DNA of 64,000 nucleotides, taken from assembly GCA_048884965.1 (NCBI GenBank), contig JBHLQH010000007.1, positions 93,996 through 157,995 on the forward strand, read 5' to 3'. Under the pieces are notes generated by a model that saw only the letters and a program-made list of their open reading frames with translations, was not told where the DNA came from and did not search any database. This DNA is from Candidatus Thorarchaeota archaeon (GTDB lineage Archaea; Asgardarchaeota; Thorarchaeia; Thorarchaeales; Thorarchaeaceae). Numbering within the stretch: position 1 is the first letter of the stretch; each line of letters starts with the position of its first letter. Made by a program: the position numbers and the translations under genes. Of the stretch, positions 37,439 to 46,671 are shown one piece after another.

Positions 37439-38014
37439 ATGAACAACGAGAAAATAGAGGTCAACCCAGGTATTTCTCCCTACCCAATGTCCGTAGTAAT
37501 TATAGGTGCAATGGTAAATGACAATCCCAATTACATGACCGTTGCATGGTTTGCAAAGCTTCATGGACGACCTAATATCTGGGGTTTTTCCATTGGAAAG
37601 GAACAATACACTCTGGAAGGAATACAAAGGAACCGCGAATTTAGCATTAATATTCCCAATCAAGAACTGATTGAGAAAACAGACTACGCTGGAATAGTAT
37701 CAGGTAGAAATGAGAACAAGTCCGAGCTCTTTCATACATTCTATGGGAGCTCTGATTCTATCCCGATGATTAGGGAATGTCCGCTCACTGCCGAATGCAA
37801 AGTATATGAGATTGTTGATCTTCCGAGGGTGTCACTGGTCTTAGGTGAAATCGTATCTGCCTATACTGAAGATCGCTTCTTGACAAATGGAATTCTAGAT
37901 CCAGTGAAGATTAACGCTTTCACATTCACACAGCCTGACAACCACTACTGGTCTATTGGTGATGTTGTAGGCAATGCATTTTCAGATGGTAAGAAACTCT
38001 CGACGAGTGAATGA
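37439..38014 (+). CDS. Flavin reductase-like (flavoredoxin) protein
   Basis: YPMSVVIIG, PNYMTVAW, REFSINIP, DYAGIVSGR and PMIRECP...EC. Confidence 0.87.
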   Translation: MNNEKIEVNPGISPYPMSVVIIGAMVNDNPNYMTVAWFAKLHGRPNIWGFSIGKEQYTLEGIQRNREFSINIPNQELIEKTDYAGIVSGRNENKSELFHTFYGSSDSIPMIRECPLTAECKVYEIVDLPRVSLVLGEIVSAYTEDRFLTNGILDPVKINAFTFTQPDNHYWSIGDVVGNAFSDGKKLSTSE

Positions 38015-38051
38015 TATATAGGATATAATAGCTGTACTCCAAATCAGATTT

Positions 38052-39044
38052 TTAGTCATCCACTTTCTCAAGTACTTCCTTGGGAATAGGTATCTTGAAC
38101 GTACATCTGATATCACCTTGTAATGCAGACTCAAGCATCTCATACTCAAGTGGCTGATCAAATGCAATCTCCCAAGGCTTGACTGTAAAACCGCCGCTAC
38201 AATAACAGAACGTTGATGAAACCTCGCTTGCTCCGGTCCTGATTGCTTCCCTTGCCCATCCACAATGACAGGCATAGTAACGTTTCATTCTCTCATCAGT
38301 TTCAGCAAGATACTCCTTTGCCAAGAAGGGAATCTTCGTATGGATGAGGAAATCACCTTCGCGTTTCGCACTGCCAATACCGGGGTTATCACGAATCCAT
38401 TGGACCACCTCGTCTGTGATCTCTTGGTTGAAGAAGGGGGTTCTCTCATCCCGATGCTTCTCAAGCTGAGCCAAAAAAGCATCCTGCTTCTCCTTGAGAT
38501 ACTCATCGATATTCTTGGCTGCAAGTAACTTCTCTCTCTGTCCACTGTTATAGAATTCCGTGGGAAGTCCATGCGCCACCTCGGTCAGGACCTTTTGACA
38601 GGTCTTTGAATCAATCTTGGCTTCCATCCGCTCCATAACAGCCTGTGTAATCTTCGGTTTCTCAGAAGGCGGAGTGCCTAAGGGAGGCATAGCAATGCCT
38701 TTGAACACCTCATCTCGCAGATTTTCTCCTACTTCTTCACCAAGTTTCCTATGTAGGACCTCCATCACCTTGCCGCCATCTATAGGTTCCAAGAATGAGA
38801 TGTAAAGGTCATTATTCTCAATGAAGTATCCATACCTAAGTAGATGAACGAAATTATCGTAGGTATTGATATCCTCTTTAAGCATGACCTGAATGAAGGC
38901 TTCAGCATCACTTGAAGTAGCAGACGATAACGCTGTATCTTTCAAGAATGATTCGAATCTCTCAACAATCGATACTGCATCGTTAATCTTCTCCTCTGGT
39001 ACCTTTTGTTCCTCTAGAAATCTCTGAAAACCTTCCTTATCCAT
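38052..39044 (-). CDS. Hypothetical protein with C-terminal Cys-rich metal-binding domain (DUF6144/V4R-like)
   Basis: YACHCGWAR, FCYCSGG and LESALQGD.RCTF.I. Confidence 0.7.
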   Translation of the reverse strand: MDKEGFQRFLEEQKVPEEKINDAVSIVERFESFLKDTALSSATSSDAEAFIQVMLKEDINTYDNFVHLLRYGYFIENNDLYISFLEPIDGGKVMEVLHRKLGEEVGENLRDEVFKGIAMPPLGTPPSEKPKITQAVMERMEAKIDSKTCQKVLTEVAHGLPTEFYNSGQREKLLAAKNIDEYLKEKQDAFLAQLEKHRDERTPFFNQEITDEVVQWIRDNPGIGSAKREGDFLIHTKIPFLAKEYLAETDERMKRYYACHCGWAREAIRTGASEVSSTFCYCSGGFTVKPWEIAFDQPLEYEMLESALQGDIRCTFKIPIPKEVLEKVDD

Positions 39045-39149
39045 AATGGGTCACCAAATCCGATTAGTTAGAAACTTGTAGGATTTCTATATCAACCGAC
39101 GGAAGAAAGCAAGATTTAGTCAAACCTCTCAATAGGAATGAGTGATACA

Positions 39150-39662
39150 CTATTCAGTATCCAATGATGAAACAAAACGCTCAATCTCATTCTGTCCCTT
39201 TAGAATGATCACACTCTTAGTTGATTCAAGCTTCCTCAGAAGTCCCAATATTACTGGTCGATGTGTCATAGGATAATACCAAATCCACTCAAGAAAGTCC
39301 CTGTCGATCTTTTCAGGACACCCCTCTGTAAGGTCCGGTCTTGGGCGCCCCCTGAATTTGAGGAATCTAAGAAAGACCCGAAGATAGGATGTCCTCCGTG
39401 GCATGTCTATGAAAATGATAGAATCTGCAGCCCGTGAACGCATAGCTAAGGTGGACTTATAGTTGCCATCCATGACCCAGCAATCCCCAGAAATCAGGTC
39501 TCTAATCTTTTGGGTCCATTCATCTGGCGGTGTTTCTTGCCAGCCTGGATTCCAGTAGTATCGATCAAGATGTATGATTGGGAGGTTGAGCTTTTTTCCT
39601 AATCTCTCACACAATGTAGACTTGCCAGACCCACTTGGTCCAAGGATTAGGATTCTTTTCAT
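39150..39662 (-). CDS. FlaR / topology-modulation adenylate-kinase-like P-loop protein
   Basis: MKRILILGPSGSGKST, HLDRYYW.PGW, WVMDGNY and RPDLTEGCPEK.D.DFLEWIW. Confidence 0.88.
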   Translation of the reverse strand: MKRILILGPSGSGKSTLCERLGKKLNLPIIHLDRYYWNPGWQETPPDEWTQKIRDLISGDCWVMDGNYKSTLAMRSRAADSIIFIDMPRRTSYLRVFLRFLKFRGRPRPDLTEGCPEKIDRDFLEWIWYYPMTHRPVILGLLRKLESTKSVIILKGQNEIERFVSSLDTE

Positions 39663-39774
39663 AATCTCTACGAATGGCAATGATACGAATAAATGAACCG
39701 GGCTATTTGGCGCCACTCTACCGGTAATACTCGGGTAATATCGTGGTTAAAGTATCCTAAACGGATACAGGACA

Positions 39775-40074
39775 TTGGTGGAAACGATGAAACAAATCGA
39801 GGCAATGATACGGGAGAATCTGAACGCACGCGGTATCAAATGTCAATCAGTCTACCGAATGCCTGATCCTGATGAACTACGAGTTCTAATCGCGTTCGAC
39901 TCCCAGAAGAACCCCCGTTTGACAACTAAGAAGATTAGGAGTGTTCTCAACGAGATGGGGACTGGTGAATTCGACGTTCCTAATGAATTTCAACGCTTGA
40001 GTGCGGCGTTTCTGCATCTTGAGGTGCGGATGGGAACGCGAACAGAGCAAAGGATCTCCGCAACAGCACAATAG
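39775..40074 (+). CDS. Hypothetical protein
   Basis: 99-aa ORF co-oriented with the downstream SDR gene. Confidence 0.65.
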   Translation: MVETMKQIEAMIRENLNARGIKCQSVYRMPDPDELRVLIAFDSQKNPRLTTKKIRSVLNEMGTGEFDVPNEFQRLSAAFLHLEVRMGTRTEQRISATAQ

Positions 40075-40127
40075 CATTCTTCGCAGAAGTCATATAGAAC
40101 GATTTGAGGATTCTACAGGGTGCTTTA

Positions 40128-40892
40128 ATGGATTTACAACTAAGAAGCAAAACGATCTTGGTGACCGCTGCATCACGTGGACTAGGTTTTGGGACTGCAA
40201 AAGTGTTGGTCGATGAGGGAGCTAACGTCATCATCTGTGGAAGGAATGAAGAATCCCTGAAGATAGCGATCCAGAAGCTCGGAGAACGGGCCCGCTACGT
40301 CGTAGCAGATGTTTCGACAGTAAATAATGTCAAATCACTAATCGATAACATAACAGAAGAAGAAGGAGTCCTTGATGGCCTCTTTGTGAATGCAGGGGGT
40401 CCGCCTCCTGGGAAATTTGCAGGATTGTCTGAGGAGGACTGGGAAAAAAGCTTCCAGCTCACACTTATGAGCGCAGTACGCCTCACAAAGGAAGCACTGC
40501 CTCTTTTATCAAAATCTAACACACCGGCAATCCTCTACAGCACTTCGATTTCCGTGAAACAACCAATCGGAAACCTGCTGCTTTCAAATGCAATGCGCCC
40601 AGCTGTCATTGGAATGATGCGAACCCTCTCAGAAGAGATTGGACCCAAAGGCATTCGAGTGAATGCAGTATGTCCTGGCTATATCAACACCGAGCGGGTG
40701 GAAGAGCTAATGAACGCCTCAGGAGAACCAGAACGGGCGACTAAGGGAATAACATCGAGTATCCCCCTTGGTAGGATGGGAGAACCAAACGAGTTCGGTA
40801 ATGTCTGTGCCTTCTTACTCAGCCCGGTGTCAAGTTATGTACATGGAGCTCTTCTGCTGGTGGATGGTGGTATGTACAAAGGTATGATATAA
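40128..40892 (+). CDS. Short-chain dehydrogenase/reductase (FabG-like)
   Basis: VTAASRGLG, NAGGPPPG, GIRVNAVCPG and IPLGRMG.P.EFG. Confidence 0.92.
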   Translation: MDLQLRSKTILVTAASRGLGFGTAKVLVDEGANVIICGRNEESLKIAIQKLGERARYVVADVSTVNNVKSLIDNITEEEGVLDGLFVNAGGPPPGKFAGLSEEDWEKSFQLTLMSAVRLTKEALPLLSKSNTPAILYSTSISVKQPIGNLLLSNAMRPAVIGMMRTLSEEIGPKGIRVNAVCPGYINTERVEELMNASGEPERATKGITSSIPLGRMGEPNEFGNVCAFLLSPVSSYVHGALLLVDGGMYKGMI

Positions 40893-40894
40893 TC

Positions 40895-41881
40895 CTACAA
40901 CATCAGTCCAAAATCAGTAGGATCCAGATGGCCTAATCGCTCCAATGCTTTCCTGGCATATACTCTCACTTGCTCATCTTGATCATCAAGCAGTTTCTCT
41001 AGTTCTCCTGCTGCTGGTGGGTACGGTGAAACTCCCATTGCCCAAGCTGCAAGCCTTCGTACTTCTACATCTGTGGCCTCTAATAGTTCAACTATAGCTC
41101 TGAGTATGATTTCCGAACGTTTTTCAACAACAAGGCGAATCAGTTGTCGTTGATACAGTGGCTCAACAGATGTCATTGCATCAGCAAGACCTTGTAAGGC
41201 TCGAGCGTTGTCAGAATCCCTGAGTCCACGAATCGCCCAATCTCTTACAGACTCATCCTCGTCCTCCAGAGCTGCAAGCAGGCAATTGATCGCATCATCC
41301 GATTCGACCTTGCCTAAAGCCCATGCTCCTGCTTGTCTGATATCCACATCCGAATCACCCAAAAGCATGCAAAGAGCACCAATTGTCGGATTGGATGGAC
41401 TGTTCGTTAATGCAAAGATAGCTTCCTTCCGAATCTCGATATCTTCCTTCGAATCTCTTACTATCTTCCGCAAATATCTACCAAAGCTAACAGGGTCAGT
41501 GCCACCCAAGATATGGACCGCCCATTTTCTCACTTCAAATGGTTCATCCGAATTCTGAAGAATATCAAGTACTTTGCCATTCAATGAGTTGAACTGTCCT
41601 CGATATGTAGCTTGAAGCCCTCGCACCCTTACTCGATCGTCAGAATCAGTAACTGCTCTTTCAACAACTAGAACTGCCAGACGAGGAATTAGAAAATCAA
41701 CGAAATCCAGAACCTGTTTCTTCTCCCTAGAATATCCCTTTTCAGACGGACTGAAAATCTCATCAAGCAGTGATTCAAATTCGTTGGGTCTAGAATTCAA
41801 GATGTCTGTGATTTCCCGTCTTCTACTGATGTCACTGGATTCCAGGAGTAATTCTCGCACTCTGCTCACACCCTGTATCAT
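40895..41881 (-). CDS. HEAT-repeat protein
   Basis: Multiple D.D..VR..A..ALG repeats. Confidence 0.9.
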   Translation of the reverse strand: MIQGVSRVRELLLESSDISRRREITDILNSRPNEFESLLDEIFSPSEKGYSREKKQVLDFVDFLIPRLAVLVVERAVTDSDDRVRVRGLQATYRGQFNSLNGKVLDILQNSDEPFEVRKWAVHILGGTDPVSFGRYLRKIVRDSKEDIEIRKEAIFALTNSPSNPTIGALCMLLGDSDVDIRQAGAWALGKVESDDAINCLLAALEDEDESVRDWAIRGLRDSDNARALQGLADAMTSVEPLYQRQLIRLVVEKRSEIILRAIVELLEATDVEVRRLAAWAMGVSPYPPAAGELEKLLDDQDEQVRVYARKALERLGHLDPTDFGLML

Positions 41882-41921
41882 TTGGGGAGAGCTTGTTACC
41901 TTTTTCTATTGCGCAAGGAAG

Positions 41922-42920
41922 TCAGTAGATTCTGAAAGCTTCAGCATGTGGAAGCTTGAACCACTTCTTTTCTGGATCATGGGTAACTGCAAAGTGATAT
42001 GATGCCATCTGCAGAGCAATGCTGTTGGCAATTGTCTGTCCCAAGGGGCTCTCAAGATATAATGCTTCAGGGCAGTAGAGATGATAGCTTCGCATCTTTA
42101 AAGTGTCAGTAAGCACACTCATGTACGCAGAATCCAGTTCGCTTGTCGGAGCATCCGTTATCAAGAGTACCGGGTCATCGTCCTTCACTGAGAGGTTGTA
42201 ATGATGACGAAACTCCTCTCGTAGTGCGCTTGTACCCTTCATGATAGAGTACTCATTGAATTTCATCATGCCTAGCTGCGCTGCGACATGGTTAGGGCCT
42301 TCAGATATCAGATAGACGAGGTCGCCTGGTTTGAGCAGATGAGCAATCTCCTTCCCTCTTTGCTCTGCCCATGTGACGATAGCATTCCCAGCGTTCTCAA
42401 GCCTTACAGAATCTTGATGTATCTTGGTCCGTGGCATCGCTTCATACAGGACTGCAAGTTTCAATAGATAAGCCATAGCACTTGTCGTCGGAGCCGAGGG
42501 GCTCGTATTATAGGTAGAGACACCTGATTTGGTTTCCCAGATATAATCTGCATGCTCAGCAGCTTTTCCTTCCCTGTCGTCTGTGAGAACCACGGTTGCT
42601 GCACCATGACTCTGAGCATGCTCTAATGCAGCTATGGTTTCCAAGCTTCGTCCAGATGCAGTAATCCCAATCACCATAACATCATCAAGAGGCAATCTGG
42701 GCAGCTCAGAGGGCGATACTGCAATGGCATCCACCCCAAGAGGTCGAAATGCCCACCTGCCATACTCTGCAACCGCATAGGAATCTCCACAGCCTGTGAA
42801 AATCATTTGCTTTCCTTTGATGAGATGCCTGTCCCTCTCTCTCACATTTCTCAATGTATCTGGAATTGCCTGTGCTTGATGATTGATGGCATTGTAAATC
42901 ACATCATAGAAGTCCGTCAC
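41922..42920 (-). CDS. SIS-domain sugar-phosphate isomerase/deaminase (GlmS/FrlB-like)
   Basis: FTGCGDSY, GITASGRSLET, MKFNE and EEFRH. Confidence 0.85.
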   Translation of the reverse strand: MTDFYDVIYNAINHQAQAIPDTLRNVRERDRHLIKGKQMIFTGCGDSYAVAEYGRWAFRPLGVDAIAVSPSELPRLPLDDVMVIGITASGRSLETIAALEHAQSHGAATVVLTDDREGKAAEHADYIWETKSGVSTYNTSPSAPTTSAMAYLLKLAVLYEAMPRTKIHQDSVRLENAGNAIVTWAEQRGKEIAHLLKPGDLVYLISEGPNHVAAQLGMMKFNEYSIMKGTSALREEFRHHYNLSVKDDDPVLLITDAPTSELDSAYMSVLTDTLKMRSYHLYCPEALYLESPLGQTIANSIALQMASYHFAVTHDPEKKWFKLPHAEAFRIY

Positions 42921-43398
42921 CTTGAGTCAGCTCCCTTAGCATGTTCACATTCGGTGGGTCATAGCCCATCTGTCTGAGTAATCCTACAATGAACCCACGA
43001 TGATGTCCTTCATGGGTAACCATATGCAGAAACGCTCGCGCAATCGTAAAGCTGATGGTATCATTGCCCAAGCGAACTCTCTTCACATATTGCAGACTAG
43101 CATCTGTCTGATTTGCGATGATATCCCGCATCTCTATCTCGATTCGTTTCCACGACTGTGCAATATCATCAACAGTCTGGAATTGCTCTGCATCCAATGC
43201 CGGTGTGTCCTCTTCAGCAATCACATTGATCCAGTAGATATCTGTATTCATAAGATGAACCAAAGTGTTACGAATAGATCCTTTTCCAATCCCTAAGTTC
43301 CTGATGAAATCATCATTGTCCAACTTTCGCAGTGTTTCTAGCAGCGGTCCTCTCACTGAAAAATTGTGCTCAAGGAGCATCTCGATACAGGAAATCAT
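42904..43398 (-). CDS. DinB/DUF664 family protein
   Basis: GSIRNTLVHL and HMVTHEGHHRG....LLRQMG..PP. Confidence 0.88.
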   Translation of the reverse strand: MISCIEMLLEHNFSVRGPLLETLRKLDNDDFIRNLGIGKGSIRNTLVHLMNTDIYWINVIAEEDTPALDAEQFQTVDDIAQSWKRIEIEMRDIIANQTDASLQYVKRVRLGNDTISFTIARAFLHMVTHEGHHRGFIVGLLRQMGYDPPNVNMLRELTQGDGLL

Positions 43399-43450
43399 GT
43401 TATCTCTTGGAAATCAATTCCCTTATCAGAGTCACGCATAGCTTCTTCTA

Positions 43451-43660
43451 TCACTTACCGCGTAAGGCACTTCCAGAAAGAGCCACATCATATTCCTCCA
43501 CTTCTAGAGGGAAGAATCCATTATCGCATACCTTTGATCGATAGAGTGACTTGCTGAAGGATCTGTCAGTAGCACAATGCCTCCTTTCAGTATGTCCTAT
43601 CATGTAGCTAGCTACTGATAGCACAACGAAGATGCCTGCAATCAGGATTCCTAACCACAT
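43451..43660 (-). CDS. Small membrane-anchored hypothetical protein
   Basis: 69 aa with an N-terminal hydrophobic helix. Confidence 0.4.
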   Translation of the reverse strand: MWLGILIAGIFVVLSVASYMIGHTERRHCATDRSFSKSLYRSKVCDNGFFPLEVEEYDVALSGSALRGK

Positions 43661-43827
43661 CGTTACTCACAAGTAGATATGCTATAATTATCATATAACT
43701 TTTGATAATTTGAAACAAAAGTCTCTCTTAACGTGGGTTGTATTCGTACACTATTGGCAATGCTAGGGTCCCAATTGATCAGTAGCGCTACCAAGTAAGA
43801 TGCTTTAAATCTGTAGCATAGAAGAAG

Positions 43828-43936
43828 TGGCGCCCCCGCCGGGATTCGAACCCGGGTCTCAAGAGATCAGCTTGCACATCAAGACGATGTCGCAATTGAC
43901 AGTCTTGAATGCTAGACCGGACTACACTACAGGGGC
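43828..43936 (-). tRNA. tRNA-Asp(GUC) with canonical 37/38 intron
   Basis: GCCCCTG/CGGGGGC acceptor, CAAGA-CT-GTC-A[intron]C-TCTTG anticodon arm, GGTTCGAATCC, CCA. Confidence 0.9.
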
Positions 43937-44098
43937 CCCGTTGCCCTAATGCCAAGCATCAGGTAGTCCGCTCCGACTCTCGGTTTTCTATTAAACTTGT
44001 CGTTGCGAAACAGGAATGCAAATTGGAATTTAGCCACGTGTTCGAATAGTTTCTCCACTATTCATTGAAACCCTGTCTATGATAACCAAAGAAATGAA

Positions 44099-44347
44099 TC
44101 ACTCTTCAGGAATCTGAATCCAGAGAATATTGTTCCCTCTCAGGAGAATCTCGCCATACTTTGCTATGGTATTCGTTGTGCCATCATCACCAGGCACGAG
44201 TTCCTCTGCATCCTCTAGAGTGAGGTTCATGTAAACGTCACATCGGGATAGACGCCCTCTGAAGATTCTCTGATCTTTTAGCTTGATTGACACAATTTCA
44301 TGGATATTCTGCTCAAGAGCTTTGATGGGCATTCTTTCTTGTGACAT
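44099..44347 (-). CDS. Sm/Lsm-like archaeal protein (SmAP)
   Basis: Sm1 GRL...D.YMNLTLEDAEE and Sm2 YGEILLRGNNILWI. Confidence 0.93.
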   Translation of the reverse strand: MSQERMPIKALEQNIHEIVSIKLKDQRIFRGRLSRCDVYMNLTLEDAEELVPGDDGTTNTIAKYGEILLRGNNILWIQIPEE

Positions 44348-44457
44348 CGTGAAGTAACCTCTCCAATGTGCCTCTTTGTGTGTATTATAAAGGCTTTGCT
44401 ACGGAGCGCGTCAATGTTAAGAACACATCGGTATTGAACTTAGATGAGTGTGATAAT

Positions 44458-45444
44458 GTGACTATTTGCCTAGGACTCGAAGGGACTGCTCACTCATTTG
44501 GTGCAGGAATCGTGACCAGTGATGGTGAGGTCCTTTCCAATGTCTGGGATATGCTTCAACCTGAGGAAGGAGGCATTCATCCGAGGGAGGCAAGTCAACA
44601 TCACGCCAATCTCGGTCCTGATCTGATACGCAAATCCATGCAAGATGCTGGGATAGCACCCCATCAGATTGACATGATCGCCTTCTCCCAAGGACCTGGA
44701 CTTGGTCCTTGTCTGCGTACAACAGCTACCATGGCTCGTTCCCTTGCACTTCGATTGAATGTGCCTCTCATCGGCGTCAATCATTGTGTTGCACATATAG
44801 AGATAGGAAGTCTTGAATCAGGATTCGAAGATCCGGTAACTGTCTATGTGTCAGGGGGCAACTCGCAAGTCATTGCTTTTGCTGGCGGAAGGTATCGCAC
44901 CTTCGGCGAAACCCTTGATATCGCGATTGGAAACATGCTTGATGTATTTGGCCGTCATGCAGGAATGCAATTTCCGGCAGGACCTAAGGTTGAGAAGCTG
45001 GCCAAGAGTGGGTCTGAATACCATTCACTGCCGTATTCAGTGAAGGGAATGGATGTGAGCTACTCGGGAATGTTGACCTCTGCGAAGCGTCTTTTTGACG
45101 AGGGAGTTCCTCTGCCAGATATCTGCTATAGTATTCAAGAAACCTCATTCGGGATGCTAGCAGAGATTGCAGAAAGGGCGATTGCGCATACGAAGAAGCA
45201 GGAGATGCTTCTTACTGGTGGAGTTGCTCGAAACAACCGACTGACAGAGATTCTCGAAGGTGTTGCTGCTCGTCACAGTGCCAAGTTTCACCGTGTGTCG
45301 CCACCACTGGCTGGAGATCAGGGTGCCATGATCGCTTGGACTGGAATCCTCCAGTATCAATCAGACGATATCTTGGATATCGACTCTTCTCAAGTGCTAC
45401 CAAAATGGCGGACTGATGAACAGGATATTGGGTGGAAGACATGA
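44458..45444 (+). CDS. kae1: tRNA N6-adenosine threonylcarbamoyltransferase Kae1 (KEOPS)
   Basis: LGLEGTAH, GGIHPREA, GPGLGPCLR, VNHCVAHIE, SGGNSQV and GETLDIAIGN. GTG start at 44458. Confidence 0.96.
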   Translation: MTICLGLEGTAHSFGAGIVTSDGEVLSNVWDMLQPEEGGIHPREASQHHANLGPDLIRKSMQDAGIAPHQIDMIAFSQGPGLGPCLRTTATMARSLALRLNVPLIGVNHCVAHIEIGSLESGFEDPVTVYVSGGNSQVIAFAGGRYRTFGETLDIAIGNMLDVFGRHAGMQFPAGPKVEKLAKSGSEYHSLPYSVKGMDVSYSGMLTSAKRLFDEGVPLPDICYSIQETSFGMLAEIAERAIAHTKKQEMLLTGGVARNNRLTEILEGVAARHSAKFHRVSPPLAGDQGAMIAWTGILQYQSDDILDIDSSQVLPKWRTDEQDIGWKT

Positions 45445-46076
45445 AACTAGAAGGAGAACCAATTGCCATCGGAGCCGAGTCGACCATCACGAAGATCGAG
45501 ATGTGGGGAAAATCCTTTGCTTTGAAGTATCGACCCAGCAAGGCATATCTTATCCCGGACATTGATCAAATGCTAAGGGGGAGTCGTACGAGTCGTGAAT
45601 GCAAAGGCCTTACAATGGCTAGGTCTCTAGGGATACCAACTCCAGCGATTCATACAGTGGATCTCAATGACTTTAGCATCTTGATGGACTATATACCTGG
45701 GAAACAACTGAAACAGATTGCTGGAGACTTAGACAAGGCGCATCTTGGCAAATTATGTCACAGATTTGGAGGAATCATTGCCTGTCTGCATAGAGGTGGA
45801 ATCGTTCATGGAGATCCCACAACGAGCAATCTCCTTGTAACGCCAGATGATAAGGTCTGGATGATTGATTTTGGGCTATCAGAGATGAATGCGACCGTTG
45901 AAATGAAGGGCGTTGACCTCCACTTGATCAAACGTGCACTCGAAACAACGCACTGGGATATCCAAGATGAGATGCTTTCAAGGACGCTTGAGGGGTATAG
46001 CGAAACCCTAGGTGAGGATGCTGAACCTATTCTTAGTCGAATGGAAGAGATACGCGAACGAGGAAGATACCATTGA
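45441..46076 (+). CDS. bud32: KEOPS kinase Bud32
   Basis: GAES, HGDPTTSN, IDFGL, VDLHL and I.ERGRY. Overlaps the kae1 stop. Confidence 0.95.
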   Translation: MKLEGEPIAIGAESTITKIEMWGKSFALKYRPSKAYLIPDIDQMLRGSRTSRECKGLTMARSLGIPTPAIHTVDLNDFSILMDYIPGKQLKQIAGDLDKAHLGKLCHRFGGIIACLHRGGIVHGDPTTSNLLVTPDDKVWMIDFGLSEMNATVEMKGVDLHLIKRALETTHWDIQDEMLSRTLEGYSETLGEDAEPILSRMEEIRERGRYH

Positions 46077-46177
46077 AATAGAAATCACCGTACAGACGAT
46101 AATGTTTATATCCACACTCCTAAGCCCATCGAGATTAGCCGGTTTCTATTGAACCTGTTTTCCAAGAGGTAAATACA

Positions 46178-46636
46178 ATGGCACGAATGCACACACGACG
46201 AAAAGGCCAATCCGGAAGCAAGCGTCCGTCTACGTTACAGGTTCCTGAATGGATGGACAAGGACGCATCCTGGGTGGAAGAGAAAGTCATCGAACTTGCC
46301 AAGGCAGGTAACACACCAAGTATGATAGGACTAATTCTTCGTGATCAATATGGAATTCCTCTTGTGAGAGTCATCACCGGCAAAAGAATCAATGATATCA
46401 TCATTGAGAACGACTTACAACGTAGGGTTCCTGAGGACTTACGTAATATGATTGCCAAGGCCCTCAAGCTCAGGCGTCACCTTGAAGAGCATGGTAAGAA
46501 AGACTTTGTTTCCAAGCGCGGTCTTCAGCTTGTTGAAAGCAAGATACACAGACTTTCAAAGTACTATAGAAAGAACAAGGTCCTCCCTGCTGATTGGAAA
46601 TACTCTCCAGCTGAAGCAGCACAGATGCTCAGATAG
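46178..46636 (+). CDS. rps15: 30S ribosomal protein S15 (uS15/S13e)
   Basis: MARMHTRRKGQSGSKRP, IGLILRDQYGIP and ESKIHRL.KYY. Confidence 0.97.
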   Translation: MARMHTRRKGQSGSKRPSTLQVPEWMDKDASWVEEKVIELAKAGNTPSMIGLILRDQYGIPLVRVITGKRINDIIIENDLQRRVPEDLRNMIAKALKLRRHLEEHGKKDFVSKRGLQLVESKIHRLSKYYRKNKVLPADWKYSPAEAAQMLR

Positions 46637-46671
46637 TTTTATCATAGAGGGGCTTCTGTTATCTCTCTGAG

